DNA from: an uncultured Gemmatimonadales bacterium
GTDB taxonomy: Bacteria > Gemmatimonadota > Gemmatimonadetes > Longimicrobiales > RSA9
Direction: 5' to 3'
NCBI GenBank assembly: GCA_963741945.1
Contig: CAVUKA010000001.1
Location: 832,001-896,000, forward strand
DNA: 64,000 bases
Below the pieces are notes generated by a model, which saw only the letters and a program-made list of their open reading frames with translations, was not told where the DNA came from and made no database searches. Positions 45,324-55,507 of this stretch are shown here, in pieces. Position 1 is the stretch's first letter, and each line of letters starts with the position of its first letter. Made by a program: the position numbers and the translations under genes.

Positions 45324-46232
45324 TCACTCCCCCGCCAGCCACTCGTCGATGAGCATCCGGGAGAGGGCATGGGGAGGCGGGATCGTGATGTCGCCGGCAG
45401 CCAGTGCCGCGCGCAGCTCGGGGCGGGTGAACCAGCGGGCGTCGGAGATCTCGTCGCCGAGCCGCACTTCCCCCGCCTCCACCTCCGTCCGGAAGCCGAC
45501 CATGAGGGCATGGGGGAACGGCCACGGCTGAGAAGCGGCGTAGGTGGTGCGGGCGACGCGGAGCCCCACCTCCTCGGCCACTTCCCGGGCCACCGCCGCC
45601 TCCAGCGTCTCGCCCGGCTCCACGAAGCCCGCCAGTGTGGAGAAGCGCCCCTCCGGCCACGCCGGCTGGTGCAGCAGGAGTGAGCGGTGGCCCGCCCGCG
45701 GGAGGGTGATGATGGCGGGATCGGTGCGCGGGAAGTAGACCTCCCCGCACGCCTCCGACGTGCACACGCGCCGGTGGCCCGCCAGCTCCGAGCGCGTGGG
45801 CGCGCCGCACGAGCCGCAGAAGCGAGCGCGACGGTGCCACGCGTGAACGGCCGCGGCGTACGCGAACAGTGCGACCATCTCCGGCTCCAGCTCCGCCGAA
45901 ACCGTGCGCAGCCCCTCGAACCGCCCACCCGTCGTCTCCTCGAGCACCCGGGCTTCGGCGTCGTCCGCCGCGGCGCGGGCCGCGTAGCGAACGCCATTGC
46001 GCTCGCCGAGGAACACCAGGGCAGGCGGACGGACGTTCCGCGGCCCCGCAGGCGGAGCGGCGGGGATCTCCTCATCCGCGAGGAGCACGGCCTCTCCGTT
46101 CCTGAGGAGGGCGCGCGTCCCGTGGACCGTGAGCACTCGCAGCCCCGTCTCGGCCGTGCGGGTGCCCCGGAGCGCCGTGGCCCGGTCGAATGCCGGGTCG
46201 GAGGCGGGCGCGCCGGCGATGGCGTCGCTCAC
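45324..46232 (-). CDS. nudC: NAD(H) diphosphatase
   Basis: RFCGSCG...C....C...FPRTDPA, Nudix box AGFVEPGETLEAAVAREVAEEVG, SQPWPFP. Confidence 0.93.
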   Translation of the reverse strand: MSDAIAGAPASDPAFDRATALRGTRTAETGLRVLTVHGTRALLRNGEAVLLADEEIPAAPPAGPRNVRPPALVFLGERNGVRYAARAAADDAEARVLEETTGGRFEGLRTVSAELEPEMVALFAYAAAVHAWHRRARFCGSCGAPTRSELAGHRRVCTSEACGEVYFPRTDPAIITLPRAGHRSLLLHQPAWPEGRFSTLAGFVEPGETLEAAVAREVAEEVGLRVARTTYAASQPWPFPHALMVGFRTEVEAGEVRLGDEISDARWFTRPELRAALAAGDITIPPPHALSRMLIDEWLAGE

Positions 46233-46347
46233 GCAGCGCGGCAGCCGCGGCTCGGCCGGTCCGGGGCGGGCCCCGCCCGGCGGCGACCAGGGGTCCGGAC
46301 GCCGGCGTACCCGGGCCTGCGGAGCGGCGGCCTCATCGCCGCGCGCG

Positions 46348-47190
46348 TCACCGACTCACGGTCTTCGTGACGGTGATCGGCTGGTCGACCCGCACCACCA
46401 CGCGGGCGCCGCGCGGCAGCACGGCGTCCACATCGGCCGTGCCCATGGCGATGGCCGTTCCGGCCGCGGCCCCAATGGCCGCCCCCTTCAGCGTGGACGA
46501 CGTGTTCTTCCCGAGCACCTGGCCCAGGATCGCACCGGCGGCCGCGCCCGCCGCCACCTTGCCGGCCGTCTCCGCGGTGCTGGTGCGGTTGCTCCGCTGC
46601 ACGTCGGCGCTCTCCACCGATCCCTGCAGCGGGTAGCTCTCGCCGCCGAACGAGATTGCTTCGAACGCGAGCTTCATCGCCGCCGTCTGCCCCACGCGGT
46701 CCGACGGCGAGACGGCCGTCACGCGCCCGCGGACCGTGGCCCCGGCCGGAATGATCACCATGCCACTGGCATCTACGATGGGCGCACTGAGCGTGGCCGT
46801 GAACGAGTCGCCCGCGTGGGACGTCTTCGTGGACAGCTCGTCATTCATGCTCACGGCGAACGTGGTCCCGACGGGAACGGAGAGCGTGACCGTCCTGGGC
46901 TGCGGCGCCGGCTGCGGCTGCGGCGAGGGGGCCCGGGGCTGCGTGGTCCGGGGACGCTCCGTCGCCGGCTGGCGCTGCGGCTGCGGCCGTGCGGCGGGGG
47001 TCTCGCTGGGCGCCACGGCGGTGTCCTCGAAAGTGGCCGCCGCGCTGTCCCCGCCAAGGGCCACATTGAGGTCGCGATCCAGCTCGTCCTGCTGGAGGGC
47101 CTGCCGGTCGTTGTTGTCCCCGCACGCCAGCGGCCCGGCCAGCAACGGGAGCAGGAATGCCATGGTGGTCAGAATTCGGCCGCGTCGCAT
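46348..47190 (-). CDS. Hypothetical lipoprotein with glycine-zipper C-terminus
   Basis: PLAC lipobox, Pro/Gln linker, VPVGT...GDSF.A...IPAGA.V.G.V, GAAAGAILG. Confidence 0.75.
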   Translation of the reverse strand: MRRGRILTTMAFLLPLLAGPLACGDNNDRQALQQDELDRDLNVALGGDSAAATFEDTAVAPSETPAARPQPQRQPATERPRTTQPRAPSPQPQPAPQPRTVTLSVPVGTTFAVSMNDELSTKTSHAGDSFTATLSAPIVDASGMVIIPAGATVRGRVTAVSPSDRVGQTAAMKLAFEAISFGGESYPLQGSVESADVQRSNRTSTAETAGKVAAGAAAGAILGQVLGKNTSSTLKGAAIGAAAGTAIAMGTADVDAVLPRGARVVVRVDQPITVTKTVSR

Positions 47191-47321
47191 AGTCCACCTT
47201 CCGGTCGTTTTGCCGCTTGAACGGGTGCGAATATCCAGTTACTGTTGGGCAAAGGATATGCCACTGAAAGGCCGCAGGCCAGCCATCGTGCGGGCATGCG
47301 GCCTTGCTTCGACACGGGACC

Positions 47322-49148
47322 GTGCGGCTGCTCAAGCAACTCTATCCGTTCATCCGACCGTACCGGCGCGGGTACGCAGTCGGCCTCCTCCTCGTGGTCG
47401 TGGCCAATGTGTTCGCCATCCTGGCGCCGCGCCTCGTGGGGAAGGCCATCGACATCATCGAGACGGGCTCGCCCTCGATGGACGTCCTTCTCCGCTACGC
47501 CGGGCTGATCGTGGGCGTGGCCGTGGTCGGCGGCGCCGCGCGCTACGGGATGCGCGAGCTGCTGAACGGCTACTCGCGTCGCATCGAGACGGACCTGCGC
47601 GACCGCTTCTTCCGCCATCTCATGCGCCTCGACGCCACTTTCTACGCGCGCTGGCGCACGGGCGACCTGATGAGCCGGGCCACGAACGACATCCTGAGCG
47701 TGCGCATGGCCGTCGGCCCCGCGGTGATGTACAGCGTCAACACCGTGGTGCTGGGCGCGCTGGCGCTGGGCTTCATGCTCTCCGTCAGCCCGGTCCTGAC
47801 GGGCCTGGCCCTCGTGCCCATGGTGGCGCTCCCGCCCGTGACCCTGTACTTCGGCAAGCTGATCCACGGGAAGTACGAGTCGATCCAGGCGCACCTCGGC
47901 ACCCTCACCACGATGGTGCAGGAGAACCTGGCCGGCGCACGCATCGTTCGCGCCTACACGCGGGAGACGGAGCAGGAGCAGGAATTCCGGTCGCTCAACG
48001 AGGAGTACCTGCGCCGCAACATGGACCTGGTGGTCTCCACCGGAGCATTCTATCCCTCGCTCTCCTTCATGGCGGGGCTGGGCATGCTCGTGGTGCTGTA
48101 CGTCGGCGGACGACTGGTCACCGCCGGGACCATCACCATCGGGGACTTCGTCGCGTTCGGGTTCTATCTCACCATGATGATCTGGCCCATGATCGCGCTC
48201 GGCTGGGTCGTGAACCTGTACCAGCGCGGCGCCGCTTCCCTCAACCGCGTCCTTGCCGTGCTCGAGTCCGATCCCGAGATCGCTCCCGTGGCCGGCCTGG
48301 TGGGCGGCGACACGGCAGAAGCGGGCGACGGCGCCCGCAACGTTCGCGGCGCCATCGAGTTCCGTGACGTCCGCTTCCGCTACCCGGGGACCGAGCGGGA
48401 CGTGCTGAGCGGCGTCTCGTTCTCCATCCCGGCGGGCTCCACGGCCGCGCTCGTCGGTCCCACCGGGTCGGGGAAGTCCACCGTGGTGGCCCTCATGGCC
48501 CGGCTGTTCGACCCGACGGAGGGGACGGTCCTGCTGGATGGGCAGCCGCTCCCGGAGCTCCCCATCGAGACGGTGCGCGCGGCCATCGGCCTGGTGCCCC
48601 AGGACGCGTTCCTGTTCAGCGAGACCATCGCCGACAACATCGCCCTCGGCATCGACCGCGAACGGTTCGACGACGTCATGGCCCCCGTGCGCGCGGCCGC
48701 GGCCATCGCCCAGCTGGACGAGGCCATCGCCGGGTTCCCCCACGGCTACGAGACGCGCCTCGGCGAGCGCGGCGTCAACCTCTCCGGCGGACAGCGGCAG
48801 CGCGCCACCCTCGCCCGCGCCCTGGCCCGCGACCCCCGAATCCTCATCCTCGATGACGCCCTGTCCGCCGTGGACACACAGACCGAGCGACGCATCCTCC
48901 GCGGCCTCAAGGACGTCCTCGCCCGGCGCACTTCGCTCATCATCAGTCACCGTGTCACCGCCGTCATGGACGCCGACCTCATCCTCGTCCTGGACAACGG
49001 CCGGATCGCGGAGCGCGGCAGCCACGAAGAGCTGATCCGCGCCGGCGGCGTGTATGCCACGCTGCTCCGCCGCCAGCTCCTGGAAGAGGACCTGGAGGGC
49101 GGCGACGACGAGTCCGAGGCGGGCACGCTTGCCGCGTCTCCGGCATGA
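47322..49148 (+). CDS. ABC exporter, fused permease/ATPase (MdlA/YheI-like)
   Basis: TGDLMSRATND, GPTGSGKST, LSGGQRQR, LILDDALSAVD. Confidence 0.93.
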   Translation: MRLLKQLYPFIRPYRRGYAVGLLLVVVANVFAILAPRLVGKAIDIIETGSPSMDVLLRYAGLIVGVAVVGGAARYGMRELLNGYSRRIETDLRDRFFRHLMRLDATFYARWRTGDLMSRATNDILSVRMAVGPAVMYSVNTVVLGALALGFMLSVSPVLTGLALVPMVALPPVTLYFGKLIHGKYESIQAHLGTLTTMVQENLAGARIVRAYTRETEQEQEFRSLNEEYLRRNMDLVVSTGAFYPSLSFMAGLGMLVVLYVGGRLVTAGTITIGDFVAFGFYLTMMIWPMIALGWVVNLYQRGAASLNRVLAVLESDPEIAPVAGLVGGDTAEAGDGARNVRGAIEFRDVRFRYPGTERDVLSGVSFSIPAGSTAALVGPTGSGKSTVVALMARLFDPTEGTVLLDGQPLPELPIETVRAAIGLVPQDAFLFSETIADNIALGIDRERFDDVMAPVRAAAAIAQLDEAIAGFPHGYETRLGERGVNLSGGQRQRATLARALARDPRILILDDALSAVDTQTERRILRGLKDVLARRTSLIISHRVTAVMDADLILVLDNGRIAERGSHEELIRAGGVYATLLRRQLLEEDLEGGDDESEAGTLAASPA

Positions 49149-49543
49149 AGGATATCTTGCCAGCAATGTCGGATTTCGACCCCACCATCCTGATCGTGGA
49201 GGATGACGACCTCCTCCGCGATGCCTTCAAGCTCCTCCTGGAGGACGCCGGCTACCAGGTGCTGGAGGCCGGCCGCGCGGCGGATGCGCTCCGCCTCGTT
49301 CGGGATCGGCTCCCCGCCGTTGTCGTGCTGGACCTCGGGCTTCCCGATGCTCCCGGCCTCGACGTGGTCCGGGCCATGCGCCAGGACCCGGAGCTCATGA
49401 CCACGCCGGTGATCGCGCTGACCGGGCGGGTGGGCGAGCGAGAGCGCCGGGCGTGCATGGACGCCGGGTGCGATCGTTACATGGCCAAGCCCGTGCCCCC
49501 AGCGGACCTGCTCCGGGAGCTCCCGACGCTATTGCGCCGATGA
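49145..49543 (+). CDS. Single-domain response regulator
   Basis: ILIVEDD, VLDLGLPD, PVIALTG, AGCDRYMAKP. Confidence 0.9.
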   Translation: MKDILPAMSDFDPTILIVEDDDLLRDAFKLLLEDAGYQVLEAGRAADALRLVRDRLPAVVVLDLGLPDAPGLDVVRAMRQDPELMTTPVIALTGRVGERERRACMDAGCDRYMAKPVPPADLLRELPTLLRR

Positions 49544-51336
49544 GCGGCCGGCGGTGGAACGACCCGGAGGCGGGCTGGATGGCGCGCCTCCGTCGCCGCT
49601 TCTACCTCGCATACTACCGCATCAAGTACCTGCCGTTCGCCCGCGAGAGGCGTGAGCGACGAGCACGCGCTCCGCACCCTGAGCGCGGGTTCGTCGCCAT
49701 ACAGATCGACGCGCTGGCGCACGAGGACCTCGAGCGCGCGCTGGCCCAGGGGCACATGCCGTTCATCCGGCGGCTCATCGAGCGCGACGGCTGGGACGTC
49801 CGCCGCTACCCGGCGGGGCTGCCGAGCGCCACGCCCGCGGCTCAGGCGGCCATCTTCCACGGCACCAAGGAAGGGATCCCGGCCTTCCGGTTCTACGAGA
49901 AGTCCGAGCGCCGGGTCATCATCGGCTCCCAGCCGTCGTCCATGCAGCACATACGCGACCGGCTCCCGGACCATGGCGTGCTGGACGGCGGATCGAGCTA
50001 CGTCAACCTGTACGACGGCGGGGCGGACCGGGCGGTCTGGACACTGTCGGATCGCAACCGCCGGACTTTCCTGGCGAACCTGGGCGGGCGACGGGCCCTC
50101 CTCCTGCTCCTGCTGCATCCGGTCCGAACGGTGCGGATGGTGCTCGTGGCCATGGTCGAGTACCTGCGCGAGGAGCGGGACCGGCTGATCAGCCAGTTCC
50201 GCGGACAGGCCACCTGGTACTGGTGGTACCTCCCTTTCCTCCACATCGGCACGAACGTCGTCCTCCGGGAGCTCCAGACTCTGTCGATCATGCTCGACAT
50301 CTACACGGGCGTGCCGGCGATCTACAGCACGTACAACGCATACGACGAGTTCGCCCACCACTTCGGTCCGTCCTCCCCCACCGCGTACAAGAGCCTCCGC
50401 GCGCTGGACCGCCGCATCAAGGAGATCTTCAGGCTCATCAACCGCATCCCCGGCCGGGCCTACGACGTCTACATTCTCAGCGACCACGGCCAGACGCCGG
50501 CCGTGCCCTACCGTGTCCGGTACGGCGAGACGCTGGGCGATACGGTGCTGAGGGCCGTCGAGGAGGGCGTGCTGACCATGGCCGGGACGGGCGAGTACGG
50601 GCCGCCCCGCGAGGCCGTGGAGTTCCTGGTCAGCGAGCTCGAAGGCGTGGCCGCCGGGGCCAGCATGCCCACCCGCTCCGTCAGCCGCAGCATCACGCAC
50701 TGGATCCGGAAGCACTACGGGGTTTTCCCCCTCACCGCCGAAGTGGTCCGCCCCCTCGAGGAGCACCGGCTCGTGCTCACCTACTCCTCCTCCCTCGCCC
50801 ACGTGTACTGGACCGATCCCACACGGGCGCTGACGTTCGATGAGATCCGCGGCGACCCGGACCGCCGCGCTCTCTACTACTTCCTGGTGGCGCACAGCGG
50901 GATCGGCGTGGTGCTCACCCGCATGCTGGACGGCGTCCACGCCGAGAGCGAGGCCGGCCGCGCGCTCGTGACCGCGGGCGGAGAAGTGGAAATCCTGGCG
51001 GGCGACGACCCGCTGGCCACCTACGCGCCATCGGAGCGCGAGCGCCGGGCCATCCTCCACCTGGTGCGGCTCCGCAACGCCGGCGACCTCGTGCTTTTCG
51101 GCGCGTACGACCCCGAGCAGGACCTGCAGGTCTGCTTCGACGATCAGGTGGGTGCGCACGGCGCCCTCGGAGGACGCCAGTTCTGGCCGTTCTTCCTCAG
51201 TGCGCCCGGGCTCGTCCCGTCCACGTACCCGATCCGGGACCCGCTCGACCTGCACCCGATCCTGGCCCGCTATCCGCTCCGGGAGCCCGGGAGCGCGGAC
51301 GTGGACAGGTCCCGGGGCGAGGTGCCGGCCCGCTGA
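49540..51336 (+). CDS. Alkaline phosphatase superfamily / phosphodiesterase
   Basis: IQIDAL, PSATPAAQA, YDEFAHH.GP, ILSDHGQ, GAHGALGG.Q. Confidence 0.82.
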   Translation: MSGRRWNDPEAGWMARLRRRFYLAYYRIKYLPFARERRERRARAPHPERGFVAIQIDALAHEDLERALAQGHMPFIRRLIERDGWDVRRYPAGLPSATPAAQAAIFHGTKEGIPAFRFYEKSERRVIIGSQPSSMQHIRDRLPDHGVLDGGSSYVNLYDGGADRAVWTLSDRNRRTFLANLGGRRALLLLLLHPVRTVRMVLVAMVEYLREERDRLISQFRGQATWYWWYLPFLHIGTNVVLRELQTLSIMLDIYTGVPAIYSTYNAYDEFAHHFGPSSPTAYKSLRALDRRIKEIFRLINRIPGRAYDVYILSDHGQTPAVPYRVRYGETLGDTVLRAVEEGVLTMAGTGEYGPPREAVEFLVSELEGVAAGASMPTRSVSRSITHWIRKHYGVFPLTAEVVRPLEEHRLVLTYSSSLAHVYWTDPTRALTFDEIRGDPDRRALYYFLVAHSGIGVVLTRMLDGVHAESEAGRALVTAGGEVEILAGDDPLATYAPSERERRAILHLVRLRNAGDLVLFGAYDPEQDLQVCFDDQVGAHGALGGRQFWPFFLSAPGLVPSTYPIRDPLDLHPILARYPLREPGSADVDRSRGEVPAR

Positions 51337-51360
51337 GGAGGAGCCGCGGACGGACGCGGC

Positions 51361-52279
51361 TCAGCGCATCCCCCGGTACCCGATCATTCTTGTACACCAG
51401 CTTGGCCACCAGGAAGTCGGGCGCGTGCAGCCCCGGGATCGGGGCCAGCTCGACCACGTCGGCGGCGTGCACCGTCGTCGCTTCGAACACCCGCCGGAGG
51501 AGCTTGAGCACCGGGTACCACGTGAGGCCGCCCGGCTCCGGGGTGCCCGTCGAAGGCACCAGCGCGGGATCGAACGCGTCCACGTCGAAGCTGATGTAGA
51601 CGTCCGGGCCGAGCAGCCCGAGCACGCGGTCCATCCACTCTTCGGAGTCGTGGATCTCGTCGGCGTAGAAGACGTGCAGGTTGTCCCGCTCCTTCACCAG
51701 CTTCGCCTCATCGGCCGTCAGCGCCCGGATCCCGACGGCCACCAGGTCCACGTCCTCGTGCACCCGGTGCATCACCGAGGCGTGGCTGTACGGCGTGCCC
51801 TCGTACTCCGGCCGCAGGTCCGTGTGCGCGTCGAACTGCAGCACGCTCAGGCGGCGACCCTGCGCCGAAAGCCGGTCGGCCCACGCGGAGATCGGCGCGC
51901 TCGAGACGCTGTGCTCACCCCCCAGCAGGATGATGAACCGCTCGTCGCCCGCGTCCAGGAGGCGATCATAGACCTCGCGGAGCTCGCCGATCGCCCCCTC
52001 CGCACCCCCGCCCGTGAGCTGGAGCTGCGGCAGCGTGGCGATCCCCATCTCGTATGGCTCCGCGTCCAGCTCCTGATCGTACAGCTCGATGTAGCGCGAC
52101 GCTTCCAGAATGGCGCCCGGGCCGCCGGCCGTTCCGCCGCCATAGCTGGTCGTGGACTCGTACGGGACCGGGAAGATCACGGCGCGCGCGCGCTCGAAGT
52201 CGCTCGCTCCCTCGTCCAGCCCCAGGAAGTTGTGCGGCAGCTCCCACTCCTGTCCGCGCAGCGATTCCGGCAGTTTCAT
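51361..52279 (-). CDS. speB: Agmatinase, with an apparent 1-nt insertion near the C-terminus
   Basis: GGEHSVS, FDAHTDLR, SFDVDAFDP...PSTGTPEPGG, DVVELAP; removing one base at ~51388 gives KLVYKMIGYRGMR*. Confidence 0.9.
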
Positions 52280-52358
52280 GACGCCCCCACCCCATGGTTC
52301 CGAATGCACGAGGGGCCCCCGACCGGGAGCCCCTGCGTCTCTCTGGTTCGGCACCGCG

Positions 52359-52922
52359 TCAGCCGCAGAAGACCGCGCTCGCCACCGTCGTCACCCAGTG
52401 GCCATCGTCCGGACCCTGGGCGAACGCCGCGAAATTCTGCGTGTGCACGATCTTCCCGCCCAGCATCCACTGCTCCTTGCGCGCATCCCACGCCGCGTCC
52501 GGATCGAAATCCTCGCCCAGCACCGTGGCCAGCATGGATGCCGCCAGATCCTCCGCGTACTCCCCCGCCTGCTCCTTCGTGCGCCCGTTCATGTGCACTT
52601 CCGAGATGTACCCGTAGTGGTCCCGGTCCTTCGGCAGCGCCAGCCCGATGGACGACGCGATCCGGCGGCCCGGCTCGTTCGTGGCCATCTCCGCCAGTAC
52701 GCAGAACAGGACCTGGCCCGGACGCAACAGCCGTATGCCCTCATCCTTCGGCACGATCTCGCACCGCGGCGGGAAGATGCTCGATACGCGCACCAGGTTG
52801 TAGCTCGCGATCCCCGCGTCCCGGAGCGCTTCCTCGAAGCTCGTCAGCTTCTCCTTGGCGTACCCCACACCCGTGGTCATGAACGCCTTGGTGGGCACGA
52901 ATTGCTGCGTCTGAATGGCCAT
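52359..52922 (-). CDS. pdaD: Pyruvoyl-dependent arginine decarboxylase
   Basis: SFEEALRDAGIA.YNLV.VSSIFPP self-cleavage motif; GYISEVH. Confidence 0.9.
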   Translation of the reverse strand: MAIQTQQFVPTKAFMTTGVGYAKEKLTSFEEALRDAGIASYNLVRVSSIFPPRCEIVPKDEGIRLLRPGQVLFCVLAEMATNEPGRRIASSIGLALPKDRDHYGYISEVHMNGRTKEQAGEYAEDLAASMLATVLGEDFDPDAAWDARKEQWMLGGKIVHTQNFAAFAQGPDDGHWVTTVASAVFCG

Positions 52923-53095
52923 TGATTCCTTCTTCTTGGGGGCCCCTGGCTCAATATCGGGAAATCGGTCCGGGGGAAGCTAGTGCGGGGACCCACGCAC
53001 GCAAGCAGGAAGCCAGGAGACTTCCCGCGGCGAGCACCCATGCCCGCCCGGAGAAGGCGCCCCGCGGAAGAGCCGCGGAGCGCCGCCTCCTCTCG

Positions 53096-53575
53096 TCACA
53101 TCGTCTCGATCGGGCAGCTCAATCCCTTCCACTCCAGCTGCTTCCCGGCCGACCGGCACTTCCCGCACAGACCGTAGATCTCCACCCGGTACCGCGACGG
53201 TGTGAACCCCGCTTCCCGAGCCACACGGTCCTGCACCCGCTTCAGCTCCTCCCCCTCGATCTCCGTCACTTCCCCGCACTCCTCGCAGATCAGGTGACCG
53301 TGCACCGGCGTCTGGCCGAACAGGTGCTCGTAGCGCTTGAATCCCTCCCCGAAATCACGCTCCGCCACCAGCCCGCTCTTCACCAGCATCTCCATCGTCC
53401 GGTACACCGTCGCCTTTCCCGTCTTCTCCCCCCGCTCCCGCAGCCGCGCCTCGATCTCCTCCACCGACAGGTGCCCCTCCGTCGAGAACACCACCTCCGC
53501 CACTGCCTCCCGCTGCTGCGTGACTGGTAGCCCCTGCTCTTTCAGGTAGCGTCGGAACAGATGCACATAGCTCAT
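53096..53575 (-). CDS. fur: Fur family transcriptional regulator
   Basis: TQQREAV, HLSVEEI, ATVYRT, HGHLICEECG, YGLCGKC. Confidence 0.92.
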   Translation of the reverse strand: MSYVHLFRRYLKEQGLPVTQQREAVAEVVFSTEGHLSVEEIEARLRERGEKTGKATVYRTMEMLVKSGLVAERDFGEGFKRYEHLFGQTPVHGHLICEECGEVTEIEGEELKRVQDRVAREAGFTPSRYRVEIYGLCGKCRSAGKQLEWKGLSCPIETM

Positions 53576-53589
53576 GGCGGCTCCTTCCC

Positions 53590-53608
53590 GTAATCAATAC
53601 TCATTATC
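53590..53608 (-). promoter_or_regulatory. Putative Fur box (autoregulation)
   Basis: AT-rich GATAATGAGTATTGATTAC immediately upstream of the fur RBS. Confidence 0.5.
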
Positions 53609-53678
53609 GATAGCGGACCCGCCCCCGTTGCGCAATCGCACGGCCGCGCGCCTCCAGCACCCGCCGCACGGCGCGCCC

Positions 53679-54395
53679 TCATGGCTTTCGCCGGCGGTCC
53701 TCCGCCAGCGTCTCTTCGAGGTGATGCTCGGCGAGCTCGTGGAGCATCCGGTTCCAGCGGGTGGTCTCGCCATCGATGCGGACGGTGCGCGGAGAGGACC
53801 CGGGCTGTTCTTTGAGCCGCTCGACCACCTCTTCCACCATCCGCCCGAGGCGCTCTGCGGGTGCGGAGCCGTACTCGTCCAGGCGGATGCGGGGGGCGGG
53901 CCCCTCTTTCGGGGCGGTATAGTGGGCGGCCAGAACGCGGCGTCGTTCGCTTCCAGGCTCCGTGAAGGCGGCGACGACCACGATGGCCGTCTCCCCGGTC
54001 AGGAGGCGACGTGGGGGGAAGAGCCAGACGCGGTCGATGTCCTCGACGCCGATGTCGACTTCAATGGTGGTCAGGAGCCGGAAGAGGGGGGTGTCGGGCA
54101 GGCTGCGATCTGCAGCGTCGCCCTGTCCGGTTCCGCCGCGTTCTCCGCCGGACCCATCGCTCGCTGCCGCATCCCGGGCGGGCCTCCCGGCCCGATCCTC
54201 GGAGGACCGGTCCTGCGCCGGGCCCGCGAAGGGGTCGAGGAGCGGGTCGGGCCGATGGCCGGGATCGGTGCTGTCGGGCGTGTCGCCCTGGGGCGCCTGC
54301 GCGAACCCCTGCTCCGAGAGGATGCGGGCGAGGCGCTCGCCCGGATCGTCGGGCGCGTGTTCCGGCACCGGGGGATCGGACGCCCGCGCGGTCAT
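53679..54395 (-). CDS. Conserved hypothetical protein
   Basis: Translationally coupled to the DHH gene; IDRVWLFPP motif. Confidence 0.65.
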   Translation of the reverse strand: MTARASDPPVPEHAPDDPGERLARILSEQGFAQAPQGDTPDSTDPGHRPDPLLDPFAGPAQDRSSEDRAGRPARDAAASDGSGGERGGTGQGDAADRSLPDTPLFRLLTTIEVDIGVEDIDRVWLFPPRRLLTGETAIVVVAAFTEPGSERRRVLAAHYTAPKEGPAPRIRLDEYGSAPAERLGRMVEEVVERLKEQPGSSPRTVRIDGETTRWNRMLHELAEHHLEETLAEDRRRKP

Positions 54396-55465
54396 CCCGC
54401 CCGACGCGCGATGTCGAACGTTTCGCGAACGGCTTTCCTGGTGGCTTCGAGGACGCGAGGTCGTGTGGCCTCCATCGGCCCGCCCACCAGTGCGCCGGCG
54501 GCCTTGACGTGCCCGCCCCCCCCGAACTCCCGGGCGATGGCGTTCACGTCCACTTCGCCGTTCGAGCGGAAAGAGATCTTCGTGGCGCCATCGAGCGTCT
54601 CCCTGAACATCAGGGCCACTTCGGTCCCCTCGATGTTGCGGGCGTACTCCGCGACCCCGTCGAGGTCGTCGGCGGTGGCGCCCATCCCGTGCGTGACCTC
54701 CCGGGGGATGCTGATCCAGGTGATGGGCAGCTCGTTGTCCGTGTCCAGGTGCTCCAGCGCGATGCGCAGCATGCGGATGCGCTCGAGGGGTACGGTGGCG
54801 TGGAGCCTTCGGTAAACCCGCTCGGGATCGATCCCGCGTCGCACGAGGTCGGCGGCGACGCCATGGGTGCGGGCGGTGGTGTTGGCGAAACGGAAGGAGC
54901 CCGTGTCCGTCTCGATGGCCGCGTAGAGGCCTTCCAGCATCGGCTGACTCCAGTCGCGCGTTCCGGCGGTCACGAACAGGTCGTACACCAGCTCGCCGGT
55001 GGCGCAGGCGGAGGGGTCCCGCACGCCGGGGCCGGGGATGGAATCCTCCCCGGCCGGATGATGATCGATCACGACCACGGCATCTTCGCGCACCCCTTTG
55101 GCCACCCTCCCGATCCGCCCCGCCTCGCCCGTGTCCAGCACCACCAGCAGGTCCGCGTCACGCACGCGCGCGTCGAGAGCGGTACCGGGCGACAGCACCT
55201 CGACGCCATCGGAGAGCATGTACGTGAAGCGCTCGGGGAACGCCGTGGGATTGGCGATGGCGACGTGCTTCCCGCGCGCCAGCAGCCATGCGGCGAGCGC
55301 GGCTTCGGAGCCGGCGCCGTCGCCATCGGCGTTGACGTGCGTCGTGAGGACGAGGTGATTCGCGGCGTCCAGCACCGGGATCAGCTCCAGCAGCGCCGCC
55401 CGTCGACCGGTCGGGATGGCGAGGATCTCTTCGATCGGCGTTTCCGCCGCATTTGGCTCAGTCAC
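54392..55465 (-). CDS. nrnA: DHH/DHHA1 oligoribonuclease/PAP phosphatase (NrnA-like)
   Basis: HVNADGDG.GS, VIDHH, TDTGSFRF, KISFRS, GGGHVKAAG. Confidence 0.88.
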   Translation of the reverse strand: MTEPNAAETPIEEILAIPTGRRAALLELIPVLDAANHLVLTTHVNADGDGAGSEAALAAWLLARGKHVAIANPTAFPERFTYMLSDGVEVLSPGTALDARVRDADLLVVLDTGEAGRIGRVAKGVREDAVVVIDHHPAGEDSIPGPGVRDPSACATGELVYDLFVTAGTRDWSQPMLEGLYAAIETDTGSFRFANTTARTHGVAADLVRRGIDPERVYRRLHATVPLERIRMLRIALEHLDTDNELPITWISIPREVTHGMGATADDLDGVAEYARNIEGTEVALMFRETLDGATKISFRSNGEVDVNAIAREFGGGGHVKAAGALVGGPMEATRPRVLEATRKAVRETFDIARRAG

Positions 55466-55507
55466 GTGGCAACTCTACCGGAAGCCCGGGGTCGCCGGCA
55501 AGGCGGG

